The translations under genes and the position numbers were made by a program. DNA of 64,000 nucleotides from Candidatus Obscuribacteraceae bacterium (lineage in GTDB: Bacteria > Cyanobacteriota > Vampirovibrionia > Obscuribacterales > Obscuribacteraceae), in assembly GCA_044226015.1 (NCBI GenBank), contig JBGAHS010000008.1, positions 256,001 through 320,000 of the forward strand, given 5' to 3'. Positions 57,302 through 64,000 of this stretch are shown here, in pieces; the first letter of the stretch is position 1, and each line of letters begins with the position of its first letter. The notes under the pieces are model-generated. The model had not been told where the DNA came from and searched no databases. It saw only the letters and a program-made list of their open reading frames with translations.

Positions 57302-57724
57302 CTAGTCAGCCTTCTTGTTTTTGAAGTACTCCAAGCGTGTTCGAAATTTCTCTTCTTCGGCGGCAAACTTCTGCATGCGCGCAGGATTTCCAAAATAATA
57401 GTCGAGTATGTCTTGCACCGCTTCTTCTGGAGTCTTCCAAACGTCAATGAAATCGGCCGGTCCCATTCCGCCGCAACAGTGGATTCCATCAACTATCCAG
57501 ATGTCATCTCGATGCATGAACTTCAGCATTGGTGCATCATTATCCGGGCACAATGGCTCGTCTCCTAGGCTGATGTAACCGCTAGAGTGACCTGGAATGT
57601 TATTGCCAGGTGTAGTTGTTGGCTTCACAACCCAAACGCCACCCATGAATGCGCCGAGCGGATGTGACACAAACAGTCCAGCCAGCCGCAGCTGATTCAA
57701 ATATTTTTCGTCAATTTGAGCCAT
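57302..57724 (-). CDS. Hypothetical protein, paralog A' (putative immunity-like)
   Basis: GLFVSHP...GVWVVKP...DAP...GPADFID.W...DILDYYFG. Confidence 0.8.
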   Translation of the reverse strand: MAQIDEKYLNQLRLAGLFVSHPLGAFMGGVWVVKPTTTPGNNIPGHSSGYISLGDEPLCPDNDAPMLKFMHRDDIWIVDGIHCCGGMGPADFIDVWKTPEEAVQDILDYYFGNPARMQKFAAEEEKFRTRLEYFKNKKAD

Positions 57725-58118
57725 CTGGTTTTTCGCTCTTATTTCGCGCATGAGCTTTCGCTTGCATCTTCGTGGGATCGCCAAAGTAGAATTCCAAGAT
57801 ATCCTGAACTGCTTCCTCAGGAGAATTCCATTCGTCAATAAAATCACCCGGGCCAGGAACAGGCGAGTGTTCCTGTGCCAGAACAATCCAAACCCCACCA
57901 TGTCCGAAAAACCAAACTGGTGGCGCGTCGAAGTTAATCTCTTCGTTGCTTGCAAGATTTGCATAACTCGTAGAAAAATCAGGTATGTGATTGCCAGGCA
58001 AGGCTACTGGTTTTCCGACCAGCACACCATCCGGATAACATGAATCAGACGATCTTGGTTCTGCGACAAAAAGACCGTGTGCTTTGAGTTTTTCAATGTG
58101 ATTGTCTGCTATCTTCAT
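57711..58118 (-). CDS. Hypothetical protein, paralog B (putative immunity-like)
   Basis: GLFVAEP...GVLVGKP...DAP...GPGDFIDEW...DILEFYFG. GAGG SD. Confidence 0.8.
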   Translation of the reverse strand: MKIADNHIEKLKAHGLFVAEPRSSDSCYPDGVLVGKPVALPGNHIPDFSTSYANLASNEEINFDAPPVWFFGHGGVWIVLAQEHSPVPGPGDFIDEWNSPEEAVQDILEFYFGDPTKMQAKAHARNKSEKPDGSN

Positions 58119-58156
58119 TGCCGCCTCACCGATAGAGACTTCCTAATCAATGCCTG

Positions 58157-58585
58157 CTAAGTATTTTCATTTCGCCTTCGGGCTTCCCGACGTGCTGCAT
58201 TCTTCTCTTTTTCTGCGGCTTTCTTATTCATTCGCACAGATTCACCAAAATAAAAATCGAGAATATCCTTGATTGCATCTTCGGCAGTTGCCCATTCGTC
58301 AATGAAGTCAGCTGGTCCCATTCCGCCGGCACAGTCTTGTCCATCCACCTGCCACCGTCCCTCATCGACGCAAATGAATTTCAGCATTGGTGCGTCGCTG
58401 TCTGGACAGAGTGGCGCATCATCAATGCTAATGTAGCCGCCATTTGAATAACCGAGAATATTATTTCCGGCAGTGGAAACTGGCTTCACAACCCAAACGC
58501 CGCCGAGAAACGCTCCAAATGGATGTGAGACAAACAAGCCTGCAGAGCGAAGCTGATTCAGGTGTTTTTCATCGATTTGGGACAT
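58157..58585 (-). CDS. Hypothetical protein, paralog A (putative immunity-like)
   Basis: Same motif series and closest to A'. AGAGGA SD. Confidence 0.8.
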   Translation of the reverse strand: MSQIDEKHLNQLRSAGLFVSHPFGAFLGGVWVVKPVSTAGNNILGYSNGGYISIDDAPLCPDSDAPMLKFICVDEGRWQVDGQDCAGGMGPADFIDEWATAEDAIKDILDFYFGESVRMNKKAAEKEKNAARREARRRNENT

Positions 58586-58917
58586 CCTTTTTCCTCTTAG
58601 CCAATTACTTTCAGCTATTACAGCCCACTGCATTATTGCTTGCACCGGTCACAATAGACATTCTATTCAATCACCTTTTTGTGCGATATACAGCTTCGAA
58701 TGTCCATCTATCTTTAAACTCAGTAAGTTGATAGCGCGTACCTTCCCATAGATCACGTATCAGCAGACGGCTCTGGCAATTTTTGTTTTTCCTGCGAGTC
58801 GTGCACCGACATACCTACAGTCCTCTGTGACGTTTCTATTATCGCATTGAGATTTGAAAGAAATCTGAGAATTCAGGCGCTGGGCACGCGGCACTGGACT
58901 CTTGGCGCTGGGCTATC

Positions 58918-59487
58918 ATGGAAGGATGGGAAAGTTTTTTTCGTGTGTGTCTTACAGGCGGAGTTAGCGCTTTAGAATTTGCCGGAGCTAGAAGCCACCG
59001 CTATAAATTCGAAATCTTTGATAAGACCAATCAACCCGTGTTCTACGAAATTATTTCCCCAGCAGAGCTGTACAAACTTAAAGACAAGAAGAGCAAAGTC
59101 ATAGCGCTTTCAACAAAACTGGCTTCAAGACCATTGCCGGAAGATGAATATGTGAACTTAGGCGATTGGAGCTTGGAACTAACAAAAGAGCAGTCTGCAC
59201 TTCATCTTCCTGGGGCTAACTTCGGAGAGAAGCCGGCCGCTTCGCCCATACAGAGCTTGAAAGACAGGAGTTACGCTGGCTCATCAGCAGAAGTCGGCTC
59301 AATCATTTCCATTTCATCAGACGGAGAAGTGATCAAACTTAATGACGGCACCAGCTGGCTGGTAAACGAAATAGACCGGATTGATTCAAGATTATGGCTA
59401 GTCGGTGACGAAGTGGTGTTAGTAAACGAAGAAAAACTAATCCACACCGATGACAATGAAAGTGTTGAAGTAAGTCCAATTAGATAA
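58918..59487 (+). CDS. Hypothetical protein with small C-terminal beta domain
   Basis: 189-aa ORF containing DGEVIKLNDGTSWLV...WLVGDEV. Confidence 0.55.
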   Translation: MEGWESFFRVCLTGGVSALEFAGARSHRYKFEIFDKTNQPVFYEIISPAELYKLKDKKSKVIALSTKLASRPLPEDEYVNLGDWSLELTKEQSALHLPGANFGEKPAASPIQSLKDRSYAGSSAEVGSIISISSDGEVIKLNDGTSWLVNEIDRIDSRLWLVGDEVVLVNEEKLIHTDDNESVEVSPIR

Positions 59488-59539
59488 CTCGGAACAGTTC
59501 GTCGCGTTTCGTGTCTCACCTAAAATTAAAGGACTAGAG

Positions 59540-62026
59540 TCACAATTTCCCTTTGCAAACGAAATCAACCACCAGCTCATGATTTGGAAAGGTGCGCTCA
59601 CCAAGCTCGCCTTTAACGGCAAATCCGCCTGCCCCAAGATAAATGATTGTAGTATCTCCAACAACGATTTGAGCCCGCCTGGAGCTAACATCTGGTCCAA
59701 GTTGGCGGATCTCACCCGCTCTAACCTTGAAAGACAATCCGCGGTTTCGCAGAGTATCATAAAGACGCCATTCTGGCTCTGTCTCTAAAAGCAATTCGTT
59801 TAATGATGCAGCTCTTTCGAGAGCCAACCGTGAAGTCCACCTTTCTCCACGCATCGAATCACCGGAGGAATTAACAATAGGTGCATCCATCGCACGAATG
59901 TTTGACACGCGATAAACAATGAAATCTGCATTTTCACGAGGTGATGATTCCCAAGGCGTTAAAATCTCATTGCGCTTTTTGATTTCTATCTCAGCAACTT
60001 CACCAACTGTTGTAACAGCACCAGCACCACCACTCGCATTGGTCTCGTAGATCGCAACTTGCTTTACAGAAAACTGACGAGGATGATGCAATCTAAGCGG
60101 CATATAGTAAAGTCCGCTTTCCTTAAACCACGTTATTCTCTGCTGAAAATTTTGCCGAGGAATTAATCCAACCAAGACGCTCTCCGACGCAGCTCGACGC
60201 CAATCTTCACGCTTCTCAACAACGATGTGCTCAATAGCTTTGTCCGCCAATGACCATTCACTCGACTGCAAGACCGCTGAAATCCACCGTTGCAAAAATC
60301 GTTTTTCTGTCGGCAGCAAGGGAATAGCGCCTATCCCGATAGTCTCTAAGCTTCTCCATAGACGGCTATCGGAAAACTCACCAGTAGAATCACGGTAAGG
60401 GAACATAGCCGCAGCTTGAATTATCTGACGAGTAGGTTTCTCGGCATGTTCGAGTTTTTCAAATGAAAGAATTGCATCCCTGTACCTATGCAAGCAATTG
60501 ATAGCATCTTCATCTGGTCCCGGACTTTTGTACAACTGCATTATTCGCTCGTCACAACGAACACGGTACTTTGCGTCAAGTAATAGACTTAAAGTCGGCC
60601 AACCAGCACGCTGTATTGAAATCATCATATCAGGCTTTTGTGGAATCAGAATTGCATCATCTGCTTGCTCGAACTGCTTATTGTAAGTCGCAGTAATTAC
60701 TCGTCCATCTGGTAAATGGAAAGGCACCTGACTCTTTTCTCCTTTTCTCAACGCAACGCTCACACCTGATTTGTTGATTTTGATCAGCTCAGATGCAGGC
60801 ACGGAAACACCAGTTTCTGCAGCAATCACATTTAGTAGCGTGAGGAAACACCAGTATTCATAAAGCACACTGATTTCCTTGACAGAGAACTGCACCGACT
60901 CAAAATCAAGCTGCAATCCATAACGAAGTAGCGTCAGACATTGATAGCACTCCTTGTAACCCGGACTGCAGAGAAGCTGGAGTGAGGCAAATCCTGAAGG
61001 AGGTGGGTTAGTTGCCGCATCGAAGGGCTCAAGCTTTTTCAAAGTTTGCAGCCGCCCTGACAGCTCCTTCAATTCTCGAATAATTACGTCTTTTCGAGTA
61101 ACAGTGCTCTTTTTTTCAGGCCGCTCTCCTCGCTGTTCCCACCAAGACTGAGTCGTCAACTCTGATTCAATTAGTTGTTGCAACCGGACCTGCACGGCGC
61201 GCAGCTGAAAGCGAATCCACCGGTGCTCAGGCGTATCAATTGTAAAACTAGATTTGCGACTTGATATCGATTGCTTTACCTGTAAGTTATTCACCTCAAG
61301 AACAGGTCCAGCTCCAGCACCGCGACGTACAGCATTTCTCACCGACGAATCGATCTTACGAACTTTTGCAATATTGGTTAGTTGCGTTTCGCTATTGAGC
61401 GCACGCATTGGATGGCTTGCAATGAATCTTGCAGCATTTTCCAAATGCTCAATGATGCTTCTCAGTACAAAAATCCAAGAAATTTCGTCAGGCGCTTGTT
61501 CACGACTTGGCTTTGCGAACCTCAAAGTCGGTCGAAGTAATTCAAACACTAATTCGGCTAGGTACCAACGAGTCTCGGAAAGAAGCTGATCATAATCTGA
61601 CTTGTAATCCATTTTGGTTGGAAAGACTTCGATTTCAAAATCAAATTCTGCTTCTCCGTCAACAAGAACAGTAAATCGACAGAGCCCAACATTCGATCTA
61701 AAATTGATCGTTCCAGCGGCAATGCGTCCACCGTTCTCCGCTGAAACAGAAGCACATATTGTGGGGTCGTCATTCACGATAGAAACACTTGTATTATTCG
61801 CCTTTGAATTGATAAAGATGCGATAATCAGCTTCTTCGAACAGGACAGGCACTGCATCCGGTGGCGCAGGCGATGAATGCATGAAGAATACATCCGGGCG
61901 ACGGGCACTAATGTTAAATGTACCCGACACTTGACCAACGCCTGGTAACGGCTTGCTAGCGACATTTTCCGGAGCACGCCAGACCAAATGCACTCGCGAA
62001 GTCTCAATTTCGAATAAGACTTTCAT
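59540..62026 (-). CDS. mcrC: McrC-like DUF2357 / PD-(D/E)xK nuclease with C-terminal extension
   Basis: DTPEHRWI, LYEYWCFL, QKPDM...LLDAKYR and LHRYRDAI. Lies 3 bp downstream of the McrB-like gene. Confidence 0.85.
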   Translation of the reverse strand: MKVLFEIETSRVHLVWRAPENVASKPLPGVGQVSGTFNISARRPDVFFMHSSPAPPDAVPVLFEEADYRIFINSKANNTSVSIVNDDPTICASVSAENGGRIAAGTINFRSNVGLCRFTVLVDGEAEFDFEIEVFPTKMDYKSDYDQLLSETRWYLAELVFELLRPTLRFAKPSREQAPDEISWIFVLRSIIEHLENAARFIASHPMRALNSETQLTNIAKVRKIDSSVRNAVRRGAGAGPVLEVNNLQVKQSISSRKSSFTIDTPEHRWIRFQLRAVQVRLQQLIESELTTQSWWEQRGERPEKKSTVTRKDVIIRELKELSGRLQTLKKLEPFDAATNPPPSGFASLQLLCSPGYKECYQCLTLLRYGLQLDFESVQFSVKEISVLYEYWCFLTLLNVIAAETGVSVPASELIKINKSGVSVALRKGEKSQVPFHLPDGRVITATYNKQFEQADDAILIPQKPDMMISIQRAGWPTLSLLLDAKYRVRCDERIMQLYKSPGPDEDAINCLHRYRDAILSFEKLEHAEKPTRQIIQAAAMFPYRDSTGEFSDSRLWRSLETIGIGAIPLLPTEKRFLQRWISAVLQSSEWSLADKAIEHIVVEKREDWRRAASESVLVGLIPRQNFQQRITWFKESGLYYMPLRLHHPRQFSVKQVAIYETNASGGAGAVTTVGEVAEIEIKKRNEILTPWESSPRENADFIVYRVSNIRAMDAPIVNSSGDSMRGERWTSRLALERAASLNELLLETEPEWRLYDTLRNRGLSFKVRAGEIRQLGPDVSSRRAQIVVGDTTIIYLGAGGFAVKGELGERTFPNHELVVDFVCKGKL

Positions 62027-62029
62027 GCG

Positions 62030-64000
62030 TCACAGCCAATACGATGTGTAACCTTCACCTTGAACCAGTCTATGCAACATTAAGCATAACCTGGCACATG
62101 TTCGAGGAAGATTTGCTCCCTTTATCGAGGGCGGCTTTCTGTCCTTTTCCCATCGGCGAATCAGATTATTGGAATCTTCAACTGTGATTCCCGGTTTTCC
62201 ATTATAAGCAAAGCCTAACAGCTCTTGGAGCAGAGTCTTAATGATAGGGCTGCCTCCAGCTATTCTCGGAAGTACTTTCATTTGAATAGCGACATCTAAC
62301 GGATCCACCTTTTCTCCGGCCCAATCAACAAATGAACCCAGCACTTCGTTTGCATGAAGCACAAAGAGTACAATTTCATCGCGAGAGCGATATGCAATTT
62401 GCAATTGCGCTTGTGACAAAAGCTCATTCAGACTTAGAAGCACCGCGATAGTACCATCAACAAGACTGCGCTCTGAATTGGAAAGATCCTTTAGGTCCGA
62501 GAGACGAGCAGCACGAGGCAGCCAAGCCGTCATGGACCATGACTTACTTTGATATTCTATGCTAGCCCCAGGCGCTTCCCATTCGTCTAAGTGAATGTCG
62601 GAAAACTCTAACGTGAAAGCGCGATCTAAAACTTTTCGACTAAATCCGTGAGTGCTTTCGTCCATATTCACGGTTCCAACAATTGCCAAATTTGACGGAA
62701 GTCCTATGCGATTCCATTTGCTGTCATCATCGTTTTCGAAGTCTTGATCAAACAGCGGATGAAGACCGTCAGGCTCGAGGCGTCGTTGCTCGACTAAGCT
62801 GAGCACCTCAGCAAAATAATGCTCAACGCGAGCAATATTCATTTCGTCAATTATCGCGCAGTAATGCAAATTGGGTTCGGCTGTTGCCTCCGCTGCAAAC
62901 TTCAAAAGTTTGCCTGGATTGAATCGACCGTGCAGCTGCACATATCCGAGCACATCAGAACTGTCGTTCCAATCAGGGCGAACCGGAATCACTTTTTTCA
63001 AACCACCAGTAATGTTAGCAACCAACTGAGGAAGCTGGGATTTGCCACTGCCAGATATGCCAGCAAGAATTACAAAAGGCTTTGTGCGTAAAGCTGTGAC
63101 ATAAGTCGCAATCTGCCAAGGTTCATAAATGTAGCCATCATATTTGATATCATCGATCAACTGACTGAGTGCTACATCTCGCAGAAACGGTTCGGCGGGA
63201 GTCTCGTTGAATGCCTCTGATTCCGGCTTAAACCAGGTAGAAATAAGATCATCACGCAGCATATGGCGATAGCCGGAATTGGAAATTACTTCCCAGTATG
63301 ATGTTGGAAATTCAGCGTGGCTAACAATCTTACGCAATCGCGCTGGTTCCAGTCCAGAGATTTGTTGATCTTCAACCAATGGAACGTATGACCAAACTCC
63401 ATCCTTGTCCAAGCGAAAAAAGGCTTCCTCAGCCTGAGTCATGCCCGACTTAAGATCATAACGACGCATGAGAGAACGAAATGCAGGCAAGATGTCGTCA
63501 AAGCGAATTGCATTATTCCAATTCTCTGTATCCAGTTTTTCCAGAACCGCAAGAACAATTCCTGGCTTGTAGAGCTTTATTGTGCCGTAGTCTCTGTTAA
63601 CGTTCAAGTTGCGGAATTTATCGCGTAACTCAATAAAAATTGCTTCCAAGTCTTCGAAAAGTAAATCGGGACTTTTCACACCAAGAGCCGCCAATTCTTT
63701 AGGTAGGAGTTGAGGAAATCGCTCAAGCATTTTTCCGACGAAACTGTTCGGCAACGCAAATAAATAACCTTGATTGACTGTACCACCGCTGTTGAACGGA
63801 GACTTCGCTACATTGCTCAAAGATGTTCTAAATTCCACAGGAATCGAGTCTCGGTGAACAGGCTCTAAGAGATCCACATACCTGACCCTCGCCATATAGC
63901 CATTATTTTCCCAATCACCGGCGCCCAACTCTTCAGGCTTAGGCTCCTCGAAAGCGTCAGATTCCGCGATACTCACCGCTACTAAGCGTTGATTGTAGTA
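62030..64000 (-). CDS. mcrB: McrB-like AAA+ GTPase with N-terminal reader domains; 5' end beyond the window
   Basis: GISGSGKS, VRPDWND, DEMNIARVEHYFAE and GTVNMDE...KVLDRA. The frame is open to position 64000. Confidence 0.9.
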   Translation of the reverse strand, partial: YYNQRLVAVSIAESDAFEEPKPEELGAGDWENNGYMARVRYVDLLEPVHRDSIPVEFRTSLSNVAKSPFNSGGTVNQGYLFALPNSFVGKMLERFPQLLPKELAALGVKSPDLLFEDLEAIFIELRDKFRNLNVNRDYGTIKLYKPGIVLAVLEKLDTENWNNAIRFDDILPAFRSLMRRYDLKSGMTQAEEAFFRLDKDGVWSYVPLVEDQQISGLEPARLRKIVSHAEFPTSYWEVISNSGYRHMLRDDLISTWFKPESEAFNETPAEPFLRDVALSQLIDDIKYDGYIYEPWQIATYVTALRTKPFVILAGISGSGKSQLPQLVANITGGLKKVIPVRPDWNDSSDVLGYVQLHGRFNPGKLLKFAAEATAEPNLHYCAIIDEMNIARVEHYFAEVLSLVEQRRLEPDGLHPLFDQDFENDDDSKWNRIGLPSNLAIVGTVNMDESTHGFSRKVLDRAFTLEFSDIHLDEWEAPGASIEYQSKSWSMTAWLPRAARLSDLKDLSNSERSLVDGTIAVLLSLNELLSQAQLQIAYRSRDEIVLFVLHANEVLGSFVDWAGEKVDPLDVAIQMKVLPRIAGGSPIIKTLLQELLGFAYNGKPGITVEDSNNLIRRWEKDRKPPSIKGANLPRTCARLCLMLHRLVQGEGYTSYWL

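Noticed and set aside
57725..57964. N-terminal extension of ORF 57302-57964
   Set aside because: It overlaps paralog B in another frame. Homology to paralog A places the start at 57724.

Overview
Bacterial chromosomal window, probably from a non-photosynthetic Cyanobacteriota relative (Vampirovibrionia/Obscuribacterales-like). This is inferred from the cyanobacterial-type PrfC, the RRM protein and the gene-family mix, and is not proven. The left arm (1-13.4 kb) holds a delta-9 desaturase, an RRM protein, prfC, a doubled histidine kinase and membrane proteins. At 13.45-19.9 kb, a 5 x ~65-bp hairpin repeat array precedes a five-gene isonitrile biosynthesis operon (IsnA, IsnB, FAD monooxygenase, MFS exporter, ATP-grasp ligase). 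A 5181-aa exported beta-helix/glycine-rich protein with seven 393-394-aa modules fills 20-35.6 kb. The 36-45 kb stretch has TPR proteins, a GNAT, a beta-carbonic anhydrase, an esterase, Yip1 and two short tandem arrays. The 45.6-64 kb region is a defence/conflict hotspot. It contains a TA-like pair, a signal-peptide TPR gene coupled to a LysM gene, a stand-alone lid-deleted GyrB ATPase-like protein and a Zn-ribbon repeat protein. It also contains AbiEi with a frameshifted AbiEii, a WCX remnant, an A-B-A' paralog cassette with a partial copy 11 kb away, and a McrBC-like system with several extra reader domains. I found no rRNA, tRNA, CRISPR array, transposase or integrase. All family assignments come from motif recognition, not database searches.
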